A stretch of DNA of 64,000 bases from Bacteroidia bacterium (GTDB lineage: Bacteria; Bacteroidota; Bacteroidia; SXHM01): contig JBFWYU010000004.1 of NCBI GenBank assembly GCA_050186075.1, forward strand, positions 15,337 to 79,336, in the 5' to 3' direction. The position numbers and the translations under genes are program-made. This document shows, piece by piece, positions 35,497 through 45,343 of the stretch. Under the pieces are notes generated by a model, which saw nothing but the letters and a program-made list of their open reading frames with translations, searched no databases and had not been told where the DNA came from. Position 1 is the stretch's first letter. Every line of letters starts with the position of its first letter.

Positions 35497-37479
35497 ATGA
35501 AAACACTAACATTAAAATCAATGGGGATATTTGCCGCCTGCATAGCAGCGGCAGGTATTATCAGCAGTTGTAAACCCAAAAAGGTTGACTCTGCTCTTTC
35601 AGGCGATGCAGCAGCAAAAGTTTATGTTGCACCGGGCAAATACGATGAAGTTTACTTATTCACTTCCGGTGGCTTTAGCGGACAGGTAGGCGTTTACGGT
35701 ATTCCTTCAGGTCGCATGCTGAAACAGGTTCCTGTATTTTCTATGGATGCCGAAACAGGATGGGGATACAGCGAAGAAACAAAACCTATGCTGATGACTT
35801 CACATGGTTTTGTTCCCTGGGATGATAGTCACCACCCGCAACTTTCACGTATGGAAGGTCAGGCAGATGGTCGTTGGCTGTTTATTAATGCCAACAACAC
35901 TCCGCGTATTGCACGTTTGGATTTAGGAGTATTTAAAACACGCGAAATTATTGAGTTGCCTAATACAGGAGGAAACCATGCTTCGCCTTTCACTACTCAG
36001 AATACCGAGTACGTTGTTGGTGCTTCACGCTTTTCTGTTCCGTATGATAAACAAGGTGATGAGGCTATTGCCGAATACAAAGACAAATTTAAAGGCACCA
36101 TTTCTTTTGTAAAAGTTGACAAAGAAACAGGTCGCATGAATTTGAATTTTCAGTTATTGGTTCCCGGAGTTGACTATGATCTGGCTCGCGCAGGTAAAGC
36201 AGTTTCTGACGGATGGGTTTTCTTCAGTTGCTACAACAGCGAAAAAGCACACTCATTGCTGGAAGTAAATGCTTCGCAACGCGACAAAGATTTTATTATG
36301 GCTGTGAACTGGAAAAAAGCTGAAGAATATTTAGCAGCAGGCAAAGGACAAAAATGGTCTGCAAACTATGCACACAATGTATATGACGAAGCAACACATA
36401 CAGCTACCACTACCATGGAAAAAGAAGTTACGGTGTTAGATGTTAAAGATTTGCCGGGCGTATGTTATTTTATTCCATGTCCTAAATCACCACACGGTTG
36501 CGATGTTGACCCTACAGGCGAATACATCTGTGCATCGGGTAAACTGGCTGCTGTAATTCCTGTTTACTCCTTCAGCAAAATGATAAAAGCTATTGAAGCA
36601 AAAGATTTTGAAGGCGATTTTGACGGAGTTCCTGTAATAAAATACGAAGCTGCATTGGATGGTGAAGTAGAACGTCCGGGACTTGGACCTCTGCACACCG
36701 AGTTTGATGCAAACGGCAATGCTTACACTTCATTCTTCGTATCATCAGAGATTGTAAAATGGAATGTTAAAACAAAACAAATCATTGACCGCGTTCCTAC
36801 TTACTACTCTATCGGTCACCTGTGTGTGCCAATGGGCGATAACATTACTCCTTACGGAAAATATGTAATTGCACTGAACAAAATCACCAAAGACCGCTAC
36901 CTGCCTACAGGACCTGAGTTAACTCAATCTGCTCAGTTGTATGACATCAGCGGAGAAAAAATGCAATTGCTGCTTGACTTCCCTACTATCGGTGAGCCAC
37001 ACTATGCACAGGCATGTCCTGCAGAAATTGTGCGTAAACACGAAGTTAAGTTCTATAAATTAGAAAATAACAACCATGCATATGCAGTAAAAAATGAGAA
37101 AGATGCAAAAGTTGTTCGCACCGGAAACGATGTACATATTTATGCAACCTCTATCCGTTCACACTTTACTCCCGATAATATTGAAGGAGTAAAAGTTGGC
37201 GACAATGTGTATTTCCACCTTACCAACCTTGAACAGGATTGGGATGTTCCGCACGGGTTTGCAATCAAAGGAGCTAACAATGCAGAGTTATTAATTCTGC
37301 CGGGCGAAACAGCAACACTTAAATGGGTTCCGGACAGAGTGGGTGTGTTCCCTATGTATTGCACCGACTTCTGCTCTGCTTTGCACCAGGAAATGCAAGG
37401 ATACATTCGTGTATCACCTGCGGGAAGCAATCCTGCATTGAAATACTCAACCGGAGAAGAAGCAGTTTCTGCAAAATAG
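35497..37479 (+). CDS. nosZ: Nitrous-oxide reductase, clade II (Sec/lipoprotein-type signal peptide)
   Basis: 660 aa. N-terminal Sec-type signal with lipobox-like SSC. Seven-bladed propeller region with conserved His ligands. C-terminal cupredoxin CuA motif H..CTDFCSALHQEM. Confidence 0.95.
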   Translation: MKTLTLKSMGIFAACIAAAGIISSCKPKKVDSALSGDAAAKVYVAPGKYDEVYLFTSGGFSGQVGVYGIPSGRMLKQVPVFSMDAETGWGYSEETKPMLMTSHGFVPWDDSHHPQLSRMEGQADGRWLFINANNTPRIARLDLGVFKTREIIELPNTGGNHASPFTTQNTEYVVGASRFSVPYDKQGDEAIAEYKDKFKGTISFVKVDKETGRMNLNFQLLVPGVDYDLARAGKAVSDGWVFFSCYNSEKAHSLLEVNASQRDKDFIMAVNWKKAEEYLAAGKGQKWSANYAHNVYDEATHTATTTMEKEVTVLDVKDLPGVCYFIPCPKSPHGCDVDPTGEYICASGKLAAVIPVYSFSKMIKAIEAKDFEGDFDGVPVIKYEAALDGEVERPGLGPLHTEFDANGNAYTSFFVSSEIVKWNVKTKQIIDRVPTYYSIGHLCVPMGDNITPYGKYVIALNKITKDRYLPTGPELTQSAQLYDISGEKMQLLLDFPTIGEPHYAQACPAEIVRKHEVKFYKLENNNHAYAVKNEKDAKVVRTGNDVHIYATSIRSHFTPDNIEGVKVGDNVYFHLTNLEQDWDVPHGFAIKGANNAELLILPGETATLKWVPDRVGVFPMYCTDFCSALHQEMQGYIRVSPAGSNPALKYSTGEEAVSAK

Positions 37480-37493
37480 GTTGAGCAATTAAA

Positions 37494-37527
37494 GGGGGAG
37501 GTATGGGTTTGCCTCCCCCTTTTTTTA
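37494..37527 (+). terminator. Rho-independent terminator / attenuator between nosZ and nosB-like gene
   Basis: gggggagg-tatgggtttg-cctccccc followed by tttttttt. Confidence 0.75.
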
Positions 37528-37548
37528 ACACTAAAAAATTTAAAAGTC

Positions 37549-38124
37549 ATGAAAACCATCAAACCATTTCTGAGGGTAGTGTTGTTGCTGTGTGGTATTG
37601 CCATGTTTGTTTCGCTCAAATTTCCTGCGTGGAAAATTCTGCTCGAAGCACCGCAATATCCTGAAGGATTAAAGATGGAAATATGGTCTGACCACATTGG
37701 TGGTGACATTGACAAAATAAACGGATTGAATCATTATATAGGAATGGCATTAATTAAGGAAGAAAATTTTCCTGAATTTAAAATTATGCCTTACCTGATT
37801 ATTGTAATGGGTGTTTTGGGTTTACTGGTTGCGGCAACCGGAAAACGTTGGATGCTGTGGATATTTGCAGGTTATCAATTGCTTTGCGGAATATGGGGTG
37901 TTTATGATTTCTGGAAATGGGAATATGAATACGGACACAATCTTGATCCGCATGCAGCCATAAAAATTGAAGGCATGGCTTATCAGCCACCACTCTTCGG
38001 ATGGAAACAATTACTGAACTTTCTGGCAGGCTCATTTCCCGATATCGGGGGCTGGCTTATCATTGGTGCTTCAGCAATTGTTATCTTAGTATTGGCTTAC
38101 GAGCAATACTTCAGAAAAAACTAA
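37549..38124 (+). CDS. NosB-like integral membrane protein (clade II nos clusters)
   Basis: 191 aa, 4-5 TM; position immediately after nosZ as in clade II loci. Confidence 0.55.
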   Translation: MKTIKPFLRVVLLLCGIAMFVSLKFPAWKILLEAPQYPEGLKMEIWSDHIGGDIDKINGLNHYIGMALIKEENFPEFKIMPYLIIVMGVLGLLVAATGKRWMLWIFAGYQLLCGIWGVYDFWKWEYEYGHNLDPHAAIKIEGMAYQPPLFGWKQLLNFLAGSFPDIGGWLIIGASAIVILVLAYEQYFRKN

Positions 38125-38143
38125 TTACTTTACATTTATAATT

Positions 38144-38584
38144 ATGAGAAATATGAATAAAATAACTGCGCTCATTTTTAGTGTATGCATATTTATTGTT
38201 TCGTGTTCAACCGAACCGCAACCAATAAACTACGGAAAAGATATGTGTGAACATTGCGGTATGACCATTATGGATAAAAAATTTGGTGCCGAAATGGTAA
38301 ACTCAAAAGGCAAAGCCATAAAATTTGATTCGGGCGAATGCATGGTAAGCTACATCAACAGCGATAATAAATTTGAAGCTGAACAATACCTTGTTGTAAA
38401 TTATAATTCGGAAGGTGAGTTGCTAAAGGCATCGGAAGCATTTTACCTGCATGGAGGAACAGTTGTAAGTCCTATGGGTGGCAATCTGGCTGCTTTTAAA
38501 ACAAAAGAAGATGCTGAAAAATCCAATCAGGAATTTGCTGCTGATCTGCTTACCTGGGACGATGTAAAAAAGATTAACTTTTGA
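38144..38584 (+). CDS. nosL: Copper chaperone lipoprotein NosL
   Basis: Lipobox IVSCST; MCEHCGM copper-binding motif; ATGA overlap with nosD. Confidence 0.85.
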   Translation: MRNMNKITALIFSVCIFIVSCSTEPQPINYGKDMCEHCGMTIMDKKFGAEMVNSKGKAIKFDSGECMVSYINSDNKFEAEQYLVVNYNSEGELLKASEAFYLHGGTVVSPMGGNLAAFKTKEDAEKSNQEFAADLLTWDDVKKINF

Positions 38585-39819
38585 AAACATTTGCTTTATC
38601 ATGCTTCTCTATTGTTGTTTTTTGCTTCTTTTCACAGGCAAAAACAATTGTGGTTTGTCCCCAATGCAAGGTAACACAGCTTACCACAGCACTTGAATTA
38701 GCTGTTGACCATGACACCATTCTTGTAAAAAAAGGAAGCTACATTTCGGTAAACACCGAAATAAAAAAACAGGTTGTTATTATTGGCGAGGATTACCCTG
38801 TAATTGACGGACAGGAAAAAGATGAAGTGCTGGTAGTTTTAAGCGACAATGTTGTTATTTCAGGTTTATGGGTAAAAAACTCTAAGCGCGGAAGTATGAA
38901 AGATTACGCAGGAATAAGAGTAGTTGATTCGCGTAACGTGAAAATAATAAATTGCAAACTGGAAAATACTTTTTTCGGAATATACCTGAGCAAATCACAA
39001 AATTGCCTGATTACAAACAACCACAGCAAAGGTGCCAACTATGGTAAAAGCGATACAGGTAATGGCATTCACTTATGGAAATGCGACAGTGTAAAAATTG
39101 AAAACAACCACATGGAAGGTCATCGTGACGGAATGTATTTTGAGTTTGCACACTTTTGCCTGATTGAAAAAAATTTATGCGAAAAAAATTACCGTTATGG
39201 TTTGCACTTCATGTTTTCGGATGATGATGTTTACCGCAACAATACGTTTCAGAATAACGGAACAGGTGTAGCTGTTATGTACACCAAAAATGTGGAAATG
39301 TATGATAACACCTTTCAGAACAATTGGGGTGATGCAGCTTACGGCTTGCTTTTGAAAGACATCAGCAACAGCATTATTGAAGGAAATACATTTACCAACA
39401 ACACAGTTGGTGTAACCATGGAAGGCTCGAACATGATAACGTTTTCAAAAAACAATTTCACCTCCAACGGCTATGCACTAAAGGTGATGGCCAATTGCAT
39501 ACGCGATACGTTTATGTATAATAACTTTACCGCAAACACCTTTGATGCTGCCACTAATGGTGAGCTGCGCGAAAACAGTTTTATGTACAATTACTGGGAT
39601 AAATACGAGGGCTATGATTTAAACCGCGACAAAATCGGTGATATTCCTTTTCGCCCGGTAAGCTTGTATTCTATGATAATTGAACAGATGCCTTATGCTG
39701 TAATGTTGCTGCGCAGTTTTACTGTTGAGATTTTAAATCGTGCCGAAAAAAGCATTCCGGGAATTGTTCCCGAAACATTTCAGGATTATGCACCCATGAT
39801 GAAACCAAACATTCTATGA
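38581..39819 (+). CDS. nosD: Periplasmic copper-binding protein NosD (parallel beta-helix repeats)
   Basis: Signal peptide; repeated N-x-F/I beta-helix rungs (NNTFQNNGTGVAV, DNTFQNNWGD, GNTFTNNTVGV ...). Confidence 0.85.
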   Translation: MKTFALSCFSIVVFCFFSQAKTIVVCPQCKVTQLTTALELAVDHDTILVKKGSYISVNTEIKKQVVIIGEDYPVIDGQEKDEVLVVLSDNVVISGLWVKNSKRGSMKDYAGIRVVDSRNVKIINCKLENTFFGIYLSKSQNCLITNNHSKGANYGKSDTGNGIHLWKCDSVKIENNHMEGHRDGMYFEFAHFCLIEKNLCEKNYRYGLHFMFSDDDVYRNNTFQNNGTGVAVMYTKNVEMYDNTFQNNWGDAAYGLLLKDISNSIIEGNTFTNNTVGVTMEGSNMITFSKNNFTSNGYALKVMANCIRDTFMYNNFTANTFDAATNGELRENSFMYNYWDKYEGYDLNRDKIGDIPFRPVSLYSMIIEQMPYAVMLLRSFTVEILNRAEKSIPGIVPETFQDYAPMMKPNIL

Positions 39820-40529
39820 TACGCACCGAGCAATTAGAAAAGAGTTTTGGCAAGTTGCATGTACTGAAAGGATTGGACGTTGAGTTTACTGCCGGACAGG
39901 TAGTGAGTATTATCGGACACAACGGTTCCGGAAAAACAACGCTTATCAAATGTATTCTTGGAATGGTGGTTGCCGACAAAGGCAAAATATTTTTTGACGG
40001 GAAAAGCATTTCCGGTGATTTCCGCTATCGCGAACAGATTGGCTATATGCCGCAGATAGGACATTATCCCGAGAACATGAAAATCGGTCAGATTTTTAAA
40101 ATGATGAAAGACCTTCGAAAAAATGCTACTTCGTTAGATGAAAGCCTGATGGAAGAATATAAACTTTCTGAACTTTTTGAAAAACCCATGCATGCACTTT
40201 CGGGCGGAACAACTCAAAAGGTAAGTGCATCACTGGCATTTCTGTTTAACCCTAAAGTGTTGATTTTAGATGAACCTACCGCAGGACTTGATCCATTGGC
40301 TGCAGAGATTTTGAAAGCAAAAATTATAGAAGCAAAGAGTAAAGGAAAGCTGGTTATCATTACTTCACACATTATGAGCGAGGTAGAAGAAATGGCAGAC
40401 ACAGTAATGTATTTATATGAAGGGAAAGTAAATTTTCACAACTCAGTTGCTGAATTGAAAAAACAAACCGGTGAAGAAAAAGTGGGAAAGGCAATTGCTA
40501 AAATCATGAAACAATCTGCCCATGTTTAA
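39816..40529 (+). CDS. nosF: ABC transporter ATP-binding protein NosF
   Basis: Walker A GHNGSGKTT, signature LSGGTTQK, Walker B ILILDEP. Confidence 0.85.
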   Translation: MIRTEQLEKSFGKLHVLKGLDVEFTAGQVVSIIGHNGSGKTTLIKCILGMVVADKGKIFFDGKSISGDFRYREQIGYMPQIGHYPENMKIGQIFKMMKDLRKNATSLDESLMEEYKLSELFEKPMHALSGGTTQKVSASLAFLFNPKVLILDEPTAGLDPLAAEILKAKIIEAKSKGKLVIITSHIMSEVEEMADTVMYLYEGKVNFHNSVAELKKQTGEEKVGKAIAKIMKQSAHV

Positions 40530-41289
40530 GATAGCTAAATATGTAGTGTACGATATTTTGCGCAGTAAGGTGCTGATTGCTTATTCCTTGTTCTTACTGC
40601 TGGTTTCATTCAGCCTATTTAGCATGGAAGAAAACAGCTCAAAAAGTTTAATCAGCCTGATGAGTGTGGTAATGATTATTGTTCCGTTAGTGAGTATTAT
40701 TTTTTCTACAACTTATTTCTATAATGCCTACCAGTTTATTGAATTACTGGTGGCACAGCCCATCAGCCGAAGCTCTATTCTGATGGGCGAGTTTTTGGGT
40801 GTTTCTGTTTCATTGCTTACCGCCTTACTTTTAGGCGTTGGTATTCCTGTTTTGATTTACGCTCCGGATGCAACCGGATTTGTATTGATGATTTCAGGGT
40901 TTGCACTCACGCTTTCATTTATCTCTTTGGCGTTTTTCTCATCTGTTGCCATGCGTGATAAAGCCAAAGGAATAGGAATGTCGCTGATGCTTTGGTTCTA
41001 TTTTTCGGTAATTTATGACGGACTTGTATTAGGTATTCTCTTCTCATTCAATGAATATCCGCTGGAGAAGGCAGTAATTGCTTTGGCCTCTTTTAACCCT
41101 ATTGACCTGGGCAGAATAATTATTCTGATGAAAATGGATATTTCAGCTCTGATGGGATTGACAGGTGCTGTTTACAAACAGTTTTTCGGAAGCAGTTTTG
41201 GCATAATTTACAGCCTTTCCATCATGCTCATATGGATTACAGCTCCACTGCTGATTGCCCTGCGAATCTTCAAAAGAAAGAACTTATAG
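40522..41289 (+). CDS. nosY: ABC-2 type permease NosY
   Basis: 255 aa, 6 TM; overlaps nosF by 8 nt. Confidence 0.75.
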   Translation: MFKIAKYVVYDILRSKVLIAYSLFLLLVSFSLFSMEENSSKSLISLMSVVMIIVPLVSIIFSTTYFYNAYQFIELLVAQPISRSSILMGEFLGVSVSLLTALLLGVGIPVLIYAPDATGFVLMISGFALTLSFISLAFFSSVAMRDKAKGIGMSLMLWFYFSVIYDGLVLGILFSFNEYPLEKAVIALASFNPIDLGRIIILMKMDISALMGLTGAVYKQFFGSSFGIIYSLSIMLIWITAPLLIALRIFKRKNL

Positions 41290-41628
41290 TATTCTTTATC
41301 AAATAATTACCACTTCTAAAAACTGCTTTAAACATTATCAATGATTTAAATCAGTGTTAAATCTTACCACTATCATTTGGAAGAAATTGACAAAAGTTAT
41401 ACTTTTGCAAAATAATTAATTTGATAGACGAATAAGATGTTAACTAAGATGAACGAGAGAGAAAGTTTGACGGGCTCATTTATGGATTTTTTATCCGATA
41501 ATTTTTTACTGCTTTGCATATTGGCATTTGACATAACCATTATGGTTAAGTCGTTTCACCTTTTTGAGTGATTACACTTCAGTAACAGGGGTTTTATTCC
41601 AGTTTAAAACCTTTGCCGAATAAATTTA

Positions 41629-41636
41629 TAGTTTTG
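41629..41636 (+). promoter_or_regulatory. Candidate Bacteroidetes -7 promoter element (TAnnTTTG) for tRNA-Ala
   Basis: tagttttg located 12 nt upstream of the tRNA 5' end; no well-spaced -33 TTTG found. Confidence 0.3.
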
Positions 41637-41648
41637 CAGCCCTCAACT

Positions 41649-41722
41649 GGGGGATTAGCTCAGCTGGCTAGAGCGTTTGCATGGCATGCAAGAGGTCATC
41701 GGTTCGACTCCGATATTCTCCA
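41649..41722 (+). tRNA. tRNA-Ala (anticodon GGC)
   Basis: GGGGGAT-TA-GCTC-AGCTGGCTA-GAGC-G-TTTGC-ATGGCAT-GCAAG-AGGTC-ATCGG-TTCGACT-CCGAT-ATTCTCC-A. Cloverleaf with G3:U70 Ala identity pair, TTCGA T-loop, anticodon GGC; CCA not encoded. Confidence 0.9.
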
Positions 41723-41732
41723 CTCTAAAAAA

Positions 41733-41758
41733 AGCAACCTTCACGGTTGCTTTTTTTA
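41733..41758. terminator. Rho-independent terminator after tRNA-Ala (also serves the convergent esterase gene)
   Basis: agcaacc-ttcac-ggttgct + ttttttt, preceded by aaaaaaa. Confidence 0.7.
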
Positions 41759-41760
41759 TT

Positions 41761-42777
41761 TTACTCAGGCTGCTTCAGCAACCCAAAATCCTTAGCCACC
41801 CACCAGGTAGAGTGAAAGTTTACATCCTTACCAAACATCCCCAACTTGCCGCCTTCATCCTCTTTATCGCCCGGGTTAAGTGCCAAAGCATGGCCAATGT
41901 CTTTTAATATATAAAGCACAACCACTTCCTTGTTTTCGGCATCGTTGTAAGTTAATCGGGTTATACCCGGGTTTTTATTAAAGGGGCGTTCCTTTTTCTC
42001 GGGTTTTACATCGGTTTTATGTACAGCAGTCCATTGCTGCACCAGTTCATAGGCATTGCGTATAAACACCACAAAATCTTTTCTGCCGTGTACTACTACC
42101 ATGCGCGGATATTTACCGGTGTAATCAGGGTTTTGTTTAAAAACACGTTTAGCCCATTTCTGTGGAGATTTATTAGGAGGCAGCCAAAAGGCAAACATGG
42201 CCTCAAACGGATTGCGTGCTACCTTATAGGGCGCACCGGCAAATATGGCTCCTGCATTAATATCATCGGGATAACAAGCCATTAGTGCTACAGCCATTGC
42301 CGCACCTGCCGATAAACCCGATACAAAAACCCTTGACGAATCAGTGTTAAAGTTTGCATTCATATAATCAATCATTTCCTTGATGGAATGCACCTCTCCA
42401 CTACCGCGTGTAATGTCTTTTTTCTTAAACCAGTTAAAACAACCTGAAGTGTTATTAGTATATTTCTGCTGCGGATATACCACAATAAAACCATTGATAT
42501 CGGCCAGTTTATTCCAGCCGGCAAGTTCCGAAACACTTTCGGCATTTTGCAAACACCCATGCAATACAAAAACAACAGGAGCCTTTAAACTGTCCGAAAG
42601 GTTTTTAGGCTTGTAATAATACAGCTTCAGGTTGCCGGGGTTAGACCCGAAGCTTTCAATTTCAGTAATATCCAACGCAAAAGAACTAAGCGTAAAAAAA
42701 AGTGCCGGAAAGAGAGAAACAAACAGTTTTAACATCGCCTCAAAGTTGGAAAAAATATGCCGGCTGTTGAATATCAT
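41761..42777 (-). CDS. Secreted alpha/beta-hydrolase, PHB-depolymerase-family esterase
   Basis: Signal peptide; HGC motif VVFVLHGCLQNAES; nucleophile elbow GLSAGAAMA. Confidence 0.6.
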   Translation of the reverse strand: MIFNSRHIFSNFEAMLKLFVSLFPALFFTLSSFALDITEIESFGSNPGNLKLYYYKPKNLSDSLKAPVVFVLHGCLQNAESVSELAGWNKLADINGFIVVYPQQKYTNNTSGCFNWFKKKDITRGSGEVHSIKEMIDYMNANFNTDSSRVFVSGLSAGAAMAVALMACYPDDINAGAIFAGAPYKVARNPFEAMFAFWLPPNKSPQKWAKRVFKQNPDYTGKYPRMVVVHGRKDFVVFIRNAYELVQQWTAVHKTDVKPEKKERPFNKNPGITRLTYNDAENKEVVVLYILKDIGHALALNPGDKEDEGGKLGMFGKDVNFHSTWWVAKDFGLLKQPE

Positions 42778-42831
42778 GAAACATAAAACATAAAAACTCT
42801 GTTAAAGCCTCTTCGGATAAGACCAACAACC

Positions 42832-43656
42832 ATGAACCGCGAGGATTTATATTACCATATTAAGCAAAAAAAATCGTTTTTGTGCATCGGTTTAGACACC
42901 GATATTGCCAAAATTCCGATGCATTTGCTGGATCTTCATGATCCGGTCTATGAATTCAATAAGGAGATTATAAAAGCTACACATGATTTATGTGTGGCTT
43001 ATAAACCTAACATCGCCTTCTACGAAGCACGCGGCTCCGAAAGCTGGTTAAGCCTTGAAAAAACAATGGGTGAAATTCCTCCGGGAATTTTTAAAATAGC
43101 CGATGCAAAACGGGGTGATATAGGCAACACCACTAACATGTATGCCCGCGCTTTCTTCGATCAGATGGACTTTGATTCCATCACTGTTTCGCCCTACATG
43201 GGCGAAGATTCAGTTAAACCTTATTTGGATTATAAGAATCGTTGGGTAATTATTTTGGCAGTAACATCTAACATCAGTGCATTTGATTTTCAGTTTCTGC
43301 CCATAGCCGGAACCGACCAAAAAGTATTTGAAAAAGTAATTTCTGTTTCTCAAAAATGGGGAACTACCGATAACACCATGTATGTAGTAGGTGCAACAAA
43401 AGCCAACATGCTTGAGAAAATACGTGAAATGATACCTGACCATTTTCTTTTAGTTCCAGGAGTTGGCGCACAGGGAGGCAATCTGGAAGAAGTTGCCAAA
43501 TATGGTTTCAACTCGCATTGCGGACTGTTAGTAAACTCATCGCGGAATATTATTTATGCTTCAAGTGGAGTTGACTTTGCAGAAGCAGCACGCGAAGAAG
43601 CAAAGAAAATGCAGAAAGAAATGAAAATGCTGCTTGAACGTGCCGAACTTGTCTAA
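42832..43656 (+). CDS. pyrF: Orotidine-5'-phosphate decarboxylase (type 2)
   Basis: KIADAKRGDIGNT active-site motif; 274 aa long form. Confidence 0.9.
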   Translation: MNREDLYYHIKQKKSFLCIGLDTDIAKIPMHLLDLHDPVYEFNKEIIKATHDLCVAYKPNIAFYEARGSESWLSLEKTMGEIPPGIFKIADAKRGDIGNTTNMYARAFFDQMDFDSITVSPYMGEDSVKPYLDYKNRWVIILAVTSNISAFDFQFLPIAGTDQKVFEKVISVSQKWGTTDNTMYVVGATKANMLEKIREMIPDHFLLVPGVGAQGGNLEEVAKYGFNSHCGLLVNSSRNIIYASSGVDFAEAAREEAKKMQKEMKMLLERAELV

Positions 43657-44162
43657 TGGAAATAACAACCATTGCTCCCTTTCTTGATTATTACGAGAAG
43701 CTTCGAGGCAGAACACTGAACATCATTAAAAAAGTTCCTCCCGAATATATTGAGTGGACTTACAAACAAGGAAAATTCACCATCGGTGATTTAATCCGTC
43801 ACCTTGCCACTATTGAACGTTATATGTATGGCGAAACTGTTTCGGGCAGGCCAAGCGCTTATCCCGGATGCGGAAAAGAATTAGCCGAAGGCTATGAAAA
43901 CACGGTTGCCTACATGAATCGTCTTCATGCCGAATCGATGCAACTGTTTGCAAAATTGACAGACGAAGATTTGCAGAAAAAATGTTTAACCCCTGCAGGA
44001 ACACCAATTACCACATGGAAATGGTTGCGCGCTATGTGTGAACATGAAATTCATCACCGCGGACAAATTTTTATTTATCTGGGAATGTTGGATATAAAAA
44101 ATCCTGCACTCTACGGTTTGACTGCCGAAGAAGTGCAGGAAAGAAGTAAACCTTTGAAATAA
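43656..44162 (+). CDS. DinB/YfiT-like metal-dependent protein
   Basis: Three His ligands in the DinB_2 pattern (HLATIERYMYGE, HEIHHRGQI). Start overlaps the pyrF stop (TAATG). Confidence 0.7.
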   Translation: MEITTIAPFLDYYEKLRGRTLNIIKKVPPEYIEWTYKQGKFTIGDLIRHLATIERYMYGETVSGRPSAYPGCGKELAEGYENTVAYMNRLHAESMQLFAKLTDEDLQKKCLTPAGTPITTWKWLRAMCEHEIHHRGQIFIYLGMLDIKNPALYGLTAEEVQERSKPLK

Positions 44163-44675
44163 CTATTTCAGCAATTCATCAACGGCAGCAAGAACTTCGT
44201 CATAATTGGGTTCTTGTCCTATTTCAGGAACTAATTGCACATAGCGAATAACATTGCCTTTATCCACCACAAAAACGGCACGGGCGCTTAGACCCTTCAT
44301 TCCGCCTGAAATAATTTCAGTTTTATATTCATTGCAAAAATCGTTATAGCGGTAATCCGAAAGTGCAACTACATTTTTAATTCCTTCTGTTTCGCAAAAT
44401 CTGCGTTGTGCAAAGGGCAAATCTTTTGAAACAACAAGTCCAACAACACCTTCTTTACTTTCCAGCTTTTTATTAAACGTTCTTGTTTCTGTTGCGCATA
44501 CACCGGTATCTAAACTTGGAACACCGATTATAACTTTTACTTTTCCCTCAAAGTCATACAAACTTATTTCGCTGAGGTCGGTTTTTACTGCTGTAAAATC
44601 TTCAGCCTTTGCTCCCACTTTGGGTAAATTTCCTTTCAGTTGAACTTCTTTTCCTTTTAATGTTACGGTTGCCAT
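44163..44675 (-). CDS. tpx: Thiol peroxidase (atypical 2-Cys peroxiredoxin, Tpx)
   Basis: MATVTLKGKEV...VPSLDTGVCATE peroxidatic Cys context. Confidence 0.85.
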   Translation of the reverse strand: MATVTLKGKEVQLKGNLPKVGAKAEDFTAVKTDLSEISLYDFEGKVKVIIGVPSLDTGVCATETRTFNKKLESKEGVVGLVVSKDLPFAQRRFCETEGIKNVVALSDYRYNDFCNEYKTEIISGGMKGLSARAVFVVDKGNVIRYVQLVPEIGQEPNYDEVLAAVDELLK

Positions 44676-44711
44676 AAATGTGTTTTAAAAATTTTGCGCA
44701 AATATAAATGA

Positions 44712-45287
44712 TTAGGCTTTCATCCGTTGTTCAACATAATCAATTAACGAATGAATAACCTTGATGTGAATTTCCTGAGCCCTGTCGGCATATTCAGAAT
44801 GAGGTGCACGTATTTCAACATCGCTTAGCGAAGCAAGTTTTCCACCATCTTTTCCTGTAAGCCCGATTATGTGAACTCCGTTTGCTTTTGCAACTTCTGC
44901 AGCTTTCAAAATATTTTTCGAGTTACCGCTGGTGCTGATTGCCAATAATACATCACCATGTTTTCCATGTGCTTCAACAAAGCGTGAGAAAATATATTCA
45001 AATCCGTAATCATTGGCAGTGCAGGTAATGTAAGAAGGATCAGAAATAGCAATGGCAGCAAAAGGGTTGCGATCATCACGGAAACGCCCTGTCATTTCTT
45101 CGGCAAAGTGCATAGCATCTGACATAGAACCGCCATTGCCACACGAAATAATTTTGTTTCCCGCTTTTAGTGCAGTCGCCAACATATTGCCCGCTTGTTC
45201 AACTGCGAGAATATTTCTTTCATCCGACAAAAATGTGTCGAGAATAGTTTTTGCTTCTTCTAAATTTTTGCGGATACTGTTACTCAT
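44712..45287 (-). CDS. gmhA: D-sedoheptulose-7-phosphate isomerase (SIS domain)
   Basis: [27 protein letters not shown]. Confidence 0.85.
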   Translation of the reverse strand: MSNSIRKNLEEAKTILDTFLSDERNILAVEQAGNMLATALKAGNKIISCGNGGSMSDAMHFAEEMTGRFRDDRNPFAAIAISDPSYITCTANDYGFEYIFSRFVEAHGKHGDVLLAISTSGNSKNILKAAEVAKANGVHIIGLTGKDGGKLASLSDVEIRAPHSEYADRAQEIHIKVIHSLIDYVEQRMKA

Positions 45288-45343
45288 TGTTGATGCTTTG
45301 CGACAAAGCTATCAGAAAAAATAATTACACTAAATGCGGCTCA

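Noticed and set aside
36487-37715. Antisense ORFs inside nosZ (36487..36696, 37140..37715) and inside other long genes (e.g. 2500..3518 in the kinase, 45619..46845 in the ceramidase-like gene)
   Set aside because: These are shadow ORFs on the opposite strand of well-supported genes, with low-complexity or Cys/Phe-rich translations and no start-site context.
41613-41907. ORFs 41613..41795 and 41677..41907 (60 and 76 aa) overlapping the tRNA-Ala gene
   Set aside because: They are translations through a tRNA cloverleaf and its terminator. The tRNA call is well supported (anticodon GGC, G3:U70, T-loop), so these are spurious.
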